Virus record (IMG/VR): IMGVR_UViG_3300031772_000003
Coordinates: 64,001-128,000 of that record
From: a virus
Length of the DNA stretch: 64,000 nucleotides
Direction: 5' to 3' (one strand)
The notes under the pieces: model-generated
Seen by the model: the letters and a program-made list of their open reading frames with translations, nothing else
Told to the model about the DNA's origin: nothing
Databases searched by the model: none
Translations under genes and position numbers: made by a program
Part shown: in pieces, positions 55,777-64,000 of the stretch
Layout of the letters: every line of letters begins with the position of its first letter
Numbering within the stretch: position 1 is the stretch's first letter

Positions 55777-58070
55777 CGGGGTCTCCTCTCCAGACGCTCC
55801 ATGAGAACGCCCTCACGCCACCGCTGGGAGGATTCCAGGATGAGACGAACCGCCGCAGCGGGGTTACGGAGGACCGTGCTGTTGAGGTAATTTCGAGCCC
55901 GAGCCAAGCGCTCAGGAGTCAAGTTCCAGAGACGTTGGGCTTTGGCATCCCACTCACAGGACCCGGGCGCGTCGTCCTCAAGTCCCGCGGGGCCAAGTCG
56001 CATTATGTTCTCCGGCACAGCCACGGGACCAATACGGTCGATGCCGACCCACTGGGCCTCACCGGTCTCAAGCTCCACGAGGCACTTCAGCCTACGGGCG
56101 TCCACAACGACGCCTTCGAGAGGGCTGCCGTCCTCCATGATGACGAGGACGGGCATGCGGGGGGTGAGACCCTCGCGCGGTAAATCATCCACGAAATGCT
56201 CGGCGTCGCCCTTCGAGACGCCCTGCCCACCCTGGCCCCCCTCCAAGGGGTCACAGGGGGCCGCGAGGTCGTGGCCGGGGGCCTTGATGTCGAGCACCTG
56301 AAGCACGGTCTGGATCGCCCCGGGGGCGTAGTGAATCGTGACCGTGGGCCTGCCAGGATCATTGTCGCACCTGATTCCGTGGCCCTCAAGCTCCGCGATC
56401 AGGGCGGCACGGGCCGCCAGAGGGACGGTAACGGCATGTGACTTGCTGCCTCCCTCGGGATCGTTAGTAGCAGGCACGGGCTTGGGAGGAGGAACGGACA
56501 TCGGGTCCACGGCCTCCTTAACAGCCTCGCCCCGTGAACCACGCGCCCAATTTCGCTGCCCACACCGCAAGCATGTACGCGGCGTGAACATTCCCTCTCC
56601 CTCTGGGTCCCACAAAAATGCTCGTCTGCACTTCTCACACTGAAGCCGCATGAGCCCACGCGCTTCGGCACCGGGCCATATTGTCCCCCGCTCCCCCTGC
56701 GCTACGACCTTTTCACTTACCCTCTCCTCAGCCAGCAACTTGTCCACATCCGCGAGCAGGCCCTCTCCGCCCTCCCATCCCATCACGTCCCGTCCCGTAA
56801 AGTAGCCTCTGGGATTCGATGGAATAGGCTCCTCGGGTTCCTCCTCATCATCTTCGTCTTGAAGTTCACCCTCGGGTTCCTCACCCCCCACACCCGGCGG
56901 CTCGGCAACGCTCAGGTACTCATCGGGCAGGCTCGTGATGTCCTCCAAGTGGCCCCACCAATCCTCCGGGAGCGTCGAGGGCCTGCCGTCCCAGTCATCT
57001 GGAGCCTCTACCACACCAGCAGCGACAGCCAGCGCCGCTTGGTCCCAGACAGAATCGACATAGAGCGTCGATCCATCCTCAAAGTAGACCTCAATGGCCC
57101 CACCCGTCCCCGGTAGGGTCCAGACCTCGCAGGGGACGTGGCCGGGAGGCAGATCACTGGCCTCCTCCTCGTCCCTGCCTACAGTGAGAGACGCGAAATG
57201 GGGGTCACCCGCGGCGACCTCGGCCAAATAGCGGTCCACCTCCTCCTCAACAGGAATCTCGCCCTTCAACTCCACATCCTTGCCACCACGCTTGGGCCAG
57301 CCACCCTTCCCCTTGGGCTTCTTACCCTTCTTGCCCTTGCCACGGAGCCACGGCGGCAGGCCCTTGCCTCTTTTCTTCGGGGTGGGCTCCTCCTCATCAT
57401 CCTCACCGCGGTCCATGGGACCCTTGCCCTTGAGCAGCTTGGCAATCGCGTCGGAGTCCTTGCCCTTGGGCTTATCCTTGGGGCGAACGTCTTTACCCCC
57501 TGGCTTCGGCTTCAGCGGAGGTTTACCCCCCATACCACCAGACCCCTGCAACTTGTCTTTGGGCAGTTCCGTCCCATCCTCTTCGTCCTCTGGCTCCTCC
57601 TTGCCCTTGGCCCACTTAGTCTTGAGAGCGGCGGGCATGGGCGGGCCGGGCCGTTTCTTACGACGTTCCTCGATGGACTCTATGATGGGAGCCGCTGCAA
57701 GTTGGTCCTCCACGGTCGTATCCTCAATAGACGAAGCAGGGTCAGCAGGGGGCTCGTCCCCCCGCAGATCAATCTCCGTGAGAGCATCGGCAGGGTCCGC
57801 ATCCCCATCCACGGCGGCGGGAGGGGACGGAGCAAATGCCTCCACGATCTTGGGAAAGGGACGGGGCGCGGGAACAGGAGCAGGAATCCCGCCCAGCATC
57901 CCAAGCGTGCCTTCATCCAGGCCAAGTTCCCCAACGGGAGCAACGGACTCCACGATGGATTCACCGCCACTTGGGCCCATCATCTCCAAGAGGCCCGCCT
58001 GGTCATCGGGAGCAGGCTCGGGCGGGGTCGGTCCTGGCATAGGGGGGAGGGGTGGCATATCAACCATCAA
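55773..58070 (-). CDS. Acidic/Pro-rich low-complexity protein with zinc ribbon and SH3-like segment (possible head internal protein)
   Basis: Lys/Gly and Glu tracts; CEKC..CLRC; many L/I/V-x-E motifs. Confidence 0.6.
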   Translation of the reverse strand: MMVDMPPLPPMPGPTPPEPAPDDQAGLLEMMGPSGGESIVESVAPVGELGLDEGTLGMLGGIPAPVPAPRPFPKIVEAFAPSPPAAVDGDADPADALTEIDLRGDEPPADPASSIEDTTVEDQLAAAPIIESIEERRKKRPGPPMPAALKTKWAKGKEEPEDEEDGTELPKDKLQGSGGMGGKPPLKPKPGGKDVRPKDKPKGKDSDAIAKLLKGKGPMDRGEDDEEEPTPKKRGKGLPPWLRGKGKKGKKPKGKGGWPKRGGKDVELKGEIPVEEEVDRYLAEVAAGDPHFASLTVGRDEEEASDLPPGHVPCEVWTLPGTGGAIEVYFEDGSTLYVDSVWDQAALAVAAGVVEAPDDWDGRPSTLPEDWWGHLEDITSLPDEYLSVAEPPGVGGEEPEGELQDEDDEEEPEEPIPSNPRGYFTGRDVMGWEGGEGLLADVDKLLAEERVSEKVVAQGERGTIWPGAEARGLMRLQCEKCRRAFLWDPEGEGMFTPRTCLRCGQRNWARGSRGEAVKEAVDPMSVPPPKPVPATNDPEGGSKSHAVTVPLAARAALIAELEGHGIRCDNDPGRPTVTIHYAPGAIQTVLQVLDIKAPGHDLAAPCDPLEGGQGGQGVSKGDAEHFVDDLPREGLTPRMPVLVIMEDGSPLEGVVVDARRLKCLVELETGEAQWVGIDRIGPVAVPENIMRLGPAGLEDDAPGSCEWDAKAQRLWNLTPERLARARNYLNSTVLRNPAAAVRLILESSQRWREGVLMERLERRPR

Positions 58071-58151
58071 ATAAACTCCTGCACGTATTGGCAGAGCACG
58101 ACGACAGCTACAAGGTATTCTACGGGGCAGGGGCAGGCCGCGTTTCCCCTA

Positions 58152-59423
58152 CTACGGCTCGGGAGCGGCGACAAGGGATGCCCACCGGATGATGTAGTCA
58201 GCGATGCCGTTGAGGATGCTCACCGTCCCATCGTTCCTAATGAAGTGATAGACCCCCTCCGCCAGCACCCCCATGGAGACCCTGGGGAGGTTGCAGTGGG
58301 CACGGAAGCTCGGGGGCAGATCGACCTCGACCAGGCATAGCTCATCCAGAGGGAGTTGCAGGCTATAGCGGCGGACCCCCATCGCTATCCCCGGGCCCCC
58401 CTTGCGCCGGTTGGGGAGCAATACGTAGGTGGGTTCCTCCTCCAAGTCCCCCTCCACCAAAGCGGGCAGCGTAGCCCCAAAGCGCACATCTATCGGGGCG
58501 ACACCCGCCGTGATTGCGAAGCCGCGCCGCTTGGTCTTCGAGCGCGAGGGGATCATGCCGCCCACGACTTGGCTGGGGTCCATGAATACATGAAACCGCT
58601 TCCAATCCGGCTTTTCGATAGGCTCACCACTACCCGTCGCGTACACCATCCCGGACCCCTCACCATCGGTCCAGGTGAAGCTCTTTTGGAAATACTGCGC
58701 CGCGATCTCCAGGGCGTCCGCAAACCCGATCCCGATCACGGTGAACCCCGGCTGCTCGTAGACTTTCGGGGGCGTTGCGTCTGTGTCCGTGTAGGTGCCG
58801 CGGGTAGGAACGAAGCTGAAGCCCCTGTTCCACAGCACCCAGGCTAACTGGGCGTTCCGGGGATCATTCTGGGCATTGGTATCCTCATCAATATAGGCAG
58901 TGAGCACCGCCATCGGGGTGTGCTTGAAGTGCTGGAGGAATCGGTACAGGCTCGCCTCAAAAACAGAGGCTTTCCCCATTATGCGGCCCACAGCCCGTTC
59001 GACTAACGGGTCCACAGCACTCTCCTTCGATTCCCTCGTGGATTCATTCATTGCGTCCCGATTCTTCCACCTCGTGTTGAGGTCCAGGACCGCCGCTGCT
59101 GTCACCGCATCGATGCGGCGGGTATCCGTGGGCCATGTCTTGGGTGTATAACGAACCGTGGCCCCACCAATCAACGAGGTGACATCGGCCCTGCCACCCT
59201 GCGTCATCTTACCGGCCCGGCCCAATTCGCTGCGTGGTGGCGGGAAGTAGAGATAGTCACCGACCCGGACATCCGCAAGTGCGACACGGGGCAGGGCCTG
59301 TAGGGCCGCCCGCATCTGCTTCGCCTCAGCCCGGAGATCGAGGTGTTGGGTCTCGGAGCGCAGACGCTCGACATTGAGCCCATGCCCCTCTGGAGGATGC
59401 AGCGACGGTCTCCACGTCTTCAC
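58152..59423 (-). CDS. Phage protein with DUF3293-like central domain
   Basis: EASL.R..QH...AVLTAY...N..RN..L...L...G......G.Y...E..F.V.....A..Y.Q.S. Confidence 0.55.
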   Translation of the reverse strand: MKTWRPSLHPPEGHGLNVERLRSETQHLDLRAEAKQMRAALQALPRVALADVRVGDYLYFPPPRSELGRAGKMTQGGRADVTSLIGGATVRYTPKTWPTDTRRIDAVTAAAVLDLNTRWKNRDAMNESTRESKESAVDPLVERAVGRIMGKASVFEASLYRFLQHFKHTPMAVLTAYIDEDTNAQNDPRNAQLAWVLWNRGFSFVPTRGTYTDTDATPPKVYEQPGFTVIGIGFADALEIAAQYFQKSFTWTDGEGSGMVYATGSGEPIEKPDWKRFHVFMDPSQVVGGMIPSRSKTKRRGFAITAGVAPIDVRFGATLPALVEGDLEEEPTYVLLPNRRKGGPGIAMGVRRYSLQLPLDELCLVEVDLPPSFRAHCNLPRVSMGVLAEGVYHFIRNDGTVSILNGIADYIIRWASLVAAPEP

Positions 59424-60112
59424 TCAACGCCCCCCTCCAGATCAACGTGCTTGTCACAGACCTCCTCCCCGCCGTCGAGGCACATCCAGCCCGATTCCAA
59501 CTCGTCCCCACAAATCGAACACTCCCCAGGCTCCTGCTCCGCAAAAGCGTCAACCTCGAACTGTACCCATTTGTTGCCATCATCATCGGTGCCGCTCTTG
59601 CGGGCCATGCCTTCGATGTCATGGAGGATGATCTTCTCATCCCCATCCTCGTCAGGTTGGGCTAAGGCCCGCTCTGTTTCGTCAACATCGTCAGCCACTT
59701 GGGCCGCGAGACCATCCTCCTCCGCGGTGTTGGTGGCGCACTCGTCACAGATCCCGTCGTTGTTCTCAAGCTCGTCCGCATCGATCTCGCCGTGGCACCG
59801 CCGGCAGTGGTCGAGGTCATGGAGGACGGCTTGGTTGTAGTCGACATGCCCCTCCTCATCCCCGATGTCACCGGGGAGGGGAAGATCGAGGGGGCCGAGA
59901 TCATCATCACCGGGGTCCACGTCCTCAACCCGTGGCCGCCGCCTCTTAAGGGAGAAGTCGGTGGCGCAGTGGCGGCATCGGCAGTGGACGAGGTTGCCCA
60001 GGGTGCCCATGACACACTCCGCCGCCCTCTGCTCGGAGCCGCAGGCGGGGCAGGTCATCACCCACTCATCCTCAACGGCCCCGATACTGCGACGAACATC
60101 TGCTTCACTCAT
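59420..60112 (-). CDS. Acidic multi-zinc-ribbon protein
   Basis: CPAC, CRHC, CRRC, CDEC, CSIC. Confidence 0.55.
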   Translation of the reverse strand: MSEADVRRSIGAVEDEWVMTCPACGSEQRAAECVMGTLGNLVHCRCRHCATDFSLKRRRPRVEDVDPGDDDLGPLDLPLPGDIGDEEGHVDYNQAVLHDLDHCRRCHGEIDADELENNDGICDECATNTAEEDGLAAQVADDVDETERALAQPDEDGDEKIILHDIEGMARKSGTDDDGNKWVQFEVDAFAEQEPGECSICGDELESGWMCLDGGEEVCDKHVDLEGGVE

Positions 60113-60467
60113 TGGATTTCTCCACGACAGTTGCGGCTCGCTTGAGGAGCGCCAGTGCCCTGCCCTGATTCCGGCCCAAGAGGCACAGGAACTCAGCGTA
60201 AAGCTCCACGTCAATGCCAAAGTAAGTATACGCTCGGGCCCCAATCCGCACCACGGCCTCTTGGGCATCGGCCCTGTAGCGGATCGGAGTGAGCCATCGC
60301 TGCCGAGGCGGGACTCGGACCCGCGCCGCGGACGATTCCGCGGTTCCACCCCCGGCTGCCTCTCGGCAGGTGGAGGATTCGGCAACTAGCCCCACTTTAG
60401 ATGGGGCGGGATGCATCTCACACACCCCCTTTCCTTAGACCACTCAGAATGATGTGCTATATCCTTC

Positions 60468-60484
60468 CACCCCTAGAATCAAGT
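60468..60484 (-). promoter_or_regulatory. Dispersed junction motif ACTTGATTCTAGGGGTG
   Basis: Exact consensus; intergenic. Confidence 0.75.
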
Positions 60485-60508
60485 GAGGTAGGGCCAAGTA
60501 GTGGAAGT

Positions 60509-61228
60509 TTAACAGCATGGCATCCAACGGGCCCTGCGCCGACGCGCGATGCCACGAGCCACGAAGGCCAACTCGTCGCAAATCGTCACGAGCCTAGTGG
60601 TCCTGTCGAGGCCGTTAGGCGTTGTGGCCCTATCCGCCTCCTCGCAAGGGTCCCACAAGGCGCAGCGCCTGATAAAAAAGCTCGTAGACTGGCTACACAT
60701 GAAGCGGCGGTACGTTCGCTCCAACTGCTCGTCGGTCATCGCATCAATATCGGCGGGGTCAATCGTAGGAGCACCGAAGATGGCATATTCAGCATTGGCC
60801 AGCAGGTAACGGTAGGAATAACCCCACAAGCCGCAGACCCTGGCAGCGAGGTCGCCCAAACGGTCCCGCCAGCCCTCGGGGAGATGCACTGGCTCGCCCG
60901 CATAGACATCGGGGATACGGCGGACCCTGATCTTGTAGCCAGCGGCCACCCACTCCTCCAGAGGGGAGGCCCACAGCCCATCCGCGTCGGCGCTGGCACA
61001 CCATATCCGCTCCGGGTCCGGTGCCTCGTTCAGGATCGGCTCGTGCTCGCGCCTCACCACGAGCCAGCCCGCATCGTATGCCTCGCGGATGTGCCGCTCC
61101 TCCACAGCAGTCATCGCGTGGGACCTGTCGCCTCCGGTGAAAAATGTGATGATGTCCCCCAGGATGCCGCTGCGGCGTACTCCCAGAGCATCGCCTGTCA
61201 GGATAGTGGTGTTGAATGGGCTAGGCAC
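60509..61228 (-). CDS. Permuted papain-like NlpC/P60 (YiiX/YebB-like) protein
   Basis: GD...I..FT....SHA near the N-terminus; G..Y and FMCSQ near the C-terminus; TPN.L. Confidence 0.65.
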   Translation of the reverse strand: MPSPFNTTILTGDALGVRRSGILGDIITFFTGGDRSHAMTAVEERHIREAYDAGWLVVRREHEPILNEAPDPERIWCASADADGLWASPLEEWVAAGYKIRVRRIPDVYAGEPVHLPEGWRDRLGDLAARVCGLWGYSYRYLLANAEYAIFGAPTIDPADIDAMTDEQLERTYRRFMCSQSTSFFIRRCALWDPCEEADRATTPNGLDRTTRLVTICDELAFVARGIARRRRARWMPCC

Positions 61229-61229
61229 G

Positions 61230-62105
61230 TCAAATCCCCAGGAGGGTGCGGCAGGTCTGGTCGATCTTGCCTCCCTCGGCCTGTGGCTCCTGGGCATAGT
61301 GCGCGGCACGTAGGGCCACGCGAGCCGCCGCGACGACATCACAAAACCGCTTGCCAAGGCCAAGGGACAGTTGTTCGAGGAAGTAGTGGGTCATTGCCCC
61401 ACAGGGCCGCCCGTTCACCTCCGTATCCGCCGCGGTCTGATCGGACTTACAGCCTGACACGTAGGCTAGTGGGGCAGTGGTCAGATTCGGAGTGGCACCA
61501 CTGGCGGGCTTCTTGGGTCCGAACAGGACGTTCCAGAAGTCAGTGAGGATCGAGAGGATGCCCCTCGGTGCGAAGCCGAGCTTGCGGGCAGCGGCAAGGC
61601 TCCACGCAATGTCAGGAGGCACGGGATACGACCTCGGAACAATGATGAGGGGGTTGGCGAGGGGCATATTCCGCATGAGATCACTGCTTGAGCAGGAATC
61701 CGACATCACGAATACGTTGACCCCAGGAGGGACCCGCGAGAAGTAGTCCGCGAACTCCTTGTCCCTGACCGCTGTGCCATCGATGTCATTCCAAGCGAAC
61801 GGCCTAAGCGCGTACACCTCATCCATTCCGTCCAACTCTTGCCTCGGATTACGGGTCACTACCTGTGCCCCATGACCCGACTGCGCGTAGAAGATGCTAT
61901 CCCCCGGTTCGACATCCACGAGCCACGCCATACGCTTGGCCCACTCCTCCTTAACTGCTCTATCATCCAGCAGGAGACGGAGATCAGCCTCCCTCCATCC
62001 CACGGACACGAGAGCATGAGCGTCATCGAGCACATCATTGACGCACCCACGAAGTGGGGCCGTCGGGTACGTATTGATCCCACACAAGAAGCCCTTGCGA
62101 GCCAT
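61230..62105 (-). CDS. Metacaspase (peptidase C14)
   Basis: GIN.Y...LRGCVND, SGHG.Q, E.DG.DE, DSC, SGCKSDQTAAD, GAMT, QEPQ. Confidence 0.92.
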   Translation of the reverse strand: MARKGFLCGINTYPTAPLRGCVNDVLDDAHALVSVGWREADLRLLLDDRAVKEEWAKRMAWLVDVEPGDSIFYAQSGHGAQVVTRNPRQELDGMDEVYALRPFAWNDIDGTAVRDKEFADYFSRVPPGVNVFVMSDSCSSSDLMRNMPLANPLIIVPRSYPVPPDIAWSLAAARKLGFAPRGILSILTDFWNVLFGPKKPASGATPNLTTAPLAYVSGCKSDQTAADTEVNGRPCGAMTHYFLEQLSLGLGKRFCDVVAAARVALRAAHYAQEPQAEGGKIDQTCRTLLGI

Positions 62106-62116
62106 CAGGGAAGCCC

Positions 62117-62347
62117 CTACCAGGGGAAACGGCCTATCAACAGCCGCCGCGTTTCCGCGTTCTCAGCAGTGACATGGCTAGCGACGAAGACCCCCTCCAG
62201 GATACCGCACAGCCCCGTAGCGAAGGTGAGCCCCGCTTTGAGGGCGGGGTGGGCATCGAAGTAGAAGGCGAAGCAGGTGCCCGCCAGCCCCAAGGTGGCC
62301 ACGACGGCGGCCCAGAAAATCTTCTGCTTGTACCACGGCATCGGCAA
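62117..62347 (-). CDS. Holin-like small membrane protein
   Basis: PWYKQKIFW followed by two TM helices. Confidence 0.55.
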   Translation of the reverse strand: MPMPWYKQKIFWAAVVATLGLAGTCFAFYFDAHPALKAGLTFATGLCGILEGVFVASHVTAENAETRRLLIGRFPW

Positions 62348-62354
62348 GCTCCTC

Positions 62355-62573
62355 TCATTCTACCTTGCTGTACTCATAGACCCCCCGTATATTCGCCCAC
62401 ATGAAGCGACCGGGTGAGGGCGCAGCGAGAAAGGCATCATAAACTTCTTGGGGGACGCCTGAGTACCTATAGAGGCTCGCGTTGTGGAAGCGGACCTCCA
62501 GAACCTGCTCATCAGGGTCATAGGCAATGGAGGCCACATTCGAGGACGTTAGCGGAACATGGTCACCCATCAT
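62355..62573 (-). CDS. KTSC domain protein
   Basis: SSNVASIAYD....LEVRF.....YRY.GVP..VY..FL.A.S.G.F. Confidence 0.9.
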   Translation of the reverse strand: MMGDHVPLTSSNVASIAYDPDEQVLEVRFHNASLYRYSGVPQEVYDAFLAAPSPGRFMWANIRGVYEYSKVE

Positions 62574-62848
62574 GCGCGTATCTCCTCTTCTATTCTACGG
62601 CTCTCCCCAAGCCAAGCATGCGACCAGAATGTGTAGTGCCACTCGGGACACCCCGCACGGCATCTAAATGTGGCCACACATCCATTGTGGCCAGCCAGTT
62701 CCCCAGGACACGAGCAATCGGGGCAATAGGCAGCGGCCACACAATGAGCCAACCTGGATTCGCACGTGTCCCCCCGCGGTGCCTTCCTGATGAAGACGCC
62801 CACGCTCGTATGGGTAACAGGTGTAGGCATCTCACCTCGATCCTCCAA
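62570..62848 (-). CDS. Cys-rich hypothetical protein
   Basis: CPDC, C..GC. Confidence 0.4.
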   Translation of the reverse strand: MEDRGEMPTPVTHTSVGVFIRKAPRGDTCESRLAHCVAAAYCPDCSCPGELAGHNGCVATFRCRAGCPEWHYTFWSHAWLGESRRIEEEIRA

Positions 62849-63004
62849 GGGCAGTGGCAGTGGGTTCGGGAGCCGCCATCATCGGTAGCGGCATGTTCCC
62901 GGCCGGTTTTTACGACCTCTCCACCCCCACTGCCACGCCGGGGACAACGAGCCAAAGATCATCGGAATTATGCCTTTGGCAAAGCAGACGCTACCTATAG
63001 GGGC

Positions 63005-63034
63005 TTGACAAGCAAGCCACGAACCCTGTACCCT
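63005..63034 (+). promoter_or_regulatory. Possible sigma70-type promoter (TTGACA-18-TACCCT)
   Basis: Perfect -35, weak -10, upstream of the plus-strand gene. Confidence 0.4.
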
Positions 63035-63077
63035 GTCGCCGGTTGGTATCACCCCGCCCCTCTTGAGGAGAGCGTAC

Positions 63078-63350
63078 ATGCTGCCTGAGATGGTTCCTGG
63101 TTGGGTTTTGTACGTCATCCTTCCTGTCCTCGCCGTGTGTGTTGGCTACACCCTGCTCTCACATCAGGCGGTCGCGGAAAGCAAGGTAAGCCAAACGGCA
63201 CTTGAGAAGGAAAATACGAGCCTTCAGGCAAAGGTTCGTGAGCTTGAGTCGGTAGTAGCGAAGTACGGGGTCATAATGGACAAGTTTGACACAATTGGGT
63301 GTATCCATGATCCCGTCACCGGCAACGTCAGGTACATCTCCAGAAGGTAA
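63078..63350 (+). CDS. Membrane protein with coiled coil (the only convincing plus-strand gene)
   Basis: GAGGAG RBS, TM segment, heptads. Confidence 0.55.
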   Translation: MLPEMVPGWVLYVILPVLAVCVGYTLLSHQAVAESKVSQTALEKENTSLQAKVRELESVVAKYGVIMDKFDTIGCIHDPVTGNVRYISRR

Positions 63351-63494
63351 ACGCCAGACCCGCATCATCCTCCTATGTAGGATGTAGCTGTACACAAGCA
63401 TCACAGGGGTAGCAGAGAACAAGACTGCGACGACCCAAAGCTGACAGTCTGTCGCGTCTGCCCCAAGCCAGTCCATTGTAAGCAATCGCCACAT
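63159..63494 (-). CDS. Hypothetical membrane protein overlapping the plus-strand gene
   Basis: AAGGAGG RBS, TM segment. Confidence 0.35.
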   Translation of the reverse strand: MWRLLTMDWLGADATDCQLWVVAVLFSATPVMLVYSYILHRRMMRVWRLPSGDVPDVAGDGIMDTPNCVKLVHYDPVLRYYRLKLTNLCLKARIFLLKCRLAYLAFRDRLM

Positions 63495-63748
63495 CGCTCG
63501 ACCTCCTTAGCTACTACCTGTAGGGGTTGCTTTGTCAAAGGCGTAATTCCGAAGATCATTCGTCGTGGTGTGCTGTTACGCCAAAAGACTCAGGTAAATC
63601 CCGCCCTTACTCGCCACTGTGTCGCGGCCGGTACGGGTCACGAGGACGTATCGCTTTCGGCGTCCCCCGAGTCTACTCCTTAGCCGATGGCTGCTTCTAA
63701 GCCTACGGTCCGCGGCGAATGAGTTGTCAAGGAGCCAATCCATCCTCC

Positions 63749-63765
63749 CACACCTAGAATCAAGT
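63749..63765 (-). promoter_or_regulatory. Dispersed junction motif, variant (ACTTGATTCTAGGTGTG)
   Basis: 12 nt after the stop of 63777..63986; GGAGG-ATG follows. Confidence 0.7.
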
Positions 63766-63776
63766 CGTCTCACCAC

Positions 63777-63986
63777 CTATACTCCTGCGGCGCTCCAAGG
63801 CAGGCCCATCAAGCGGCGGGCCCACGCCACGGGGACAAGGCTCTCCCCCGATCCATGCTTGATGTGCAGCCACTTGATCCGAGCCCGCTCCGCCCCACAC
63901 CACTCGCACCTCTCGATCAAGAGGACAGCCGTGGCTCCCTCCGGGACCACGGCCCCTCCCGTCAGAGGCAGCGGGGTTGGTTCCAT
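63777..63986 (-). CDS. Small hypothetical protein
   Basis: CEWCG. Confidence 0.4.
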   Translation of the reverse strand: MEPTPLPLTGGAVVPEGATAVLLIERCEWCGAERARIKWLHIKHGSGESLVPVAWARRLMGLPWSAAGV

Positions 63987-64000
63987 TAGTTCAACCCTGG

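Noticed and set aside
10228-61546. Long plus-strand ORFs (e.g. 10228..11547, 52253..53470, 57138..58340, 60401..61546)
   Set aside because: Antisense shadows of GC-rich minus-strand genes, with no motifs or RBS
63503-63522. GTAGCTAA beside an RBS as an antisense target of the ncRNA loop
   Set aside because: An 8-nt match is expected about once by chance in 64 kb
3516-63765. Junction motif as a CRISPR repeat
   Set aside because: Copies are hundreds to thousands of bp apart with genes between them; no regular spacers and no cas genes
1-64000. Stop-codon reassignment, DGR, integrase or transposase
   Set aside because: Known families are intact under the standard code; no reverse transcriptase, TR/VR pair, recombinase or IS ends recognised

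Overview
This window looks like part of a large, GC-rich dsDNA phage genome, possibly jumbo-type. That is an inference: there is no capsid, terminase or polymerase gene here, so a large plasmid or provirus cannot be excluded. Genes are densely packed, often overlap at start/stop codons, and almost all lie on the minus strand. 1-37 kb is an accessory region. It holds many small hypothetical genes, six DNA methyltransferases, three RNA ligases of different types, a DegT aminotransferase, radical-SAM enzymes, phosphoesterases, an AAA ATPase, a 3D-domain protein and a FlgN-like protein. At 37.1-37.3 kb is a 166-nt tRNA-shaped RNA whose anticodon loop is replaced by two hairpins with near-identical loops. 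38-45.7 kb is a more AT-rich glycosyltransferase/methyltransferase operon. It is translationally coupled to a ~3090-aa multidomain protein at 45.7-55 kb, which contains several ADP-ribosyltransferase-like domains, an Acb1-like 2H phosphoesterase, Nudix, ParB/Srx and zincin domains. These domains are separated by a recurring [TS][IV]GxLDxx[LM]xE linker resembling T4-type prohead-protease cleavage sites. This is the best candidate for a new system: a capsid-packaged, proteolytically processed effector or anti-defence polyprotein. 55-64 kb carries further acidic proteins with L/I-x-E motifs and a holin-like/metacaspase/permuted NlpC-P60 cassette. A 17-bp motif (minus strand ACTTGATTCTAGGGGTG) recurs 10 times at gene junctions. 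All calls come from motif recognition by eye; no database searches were run.
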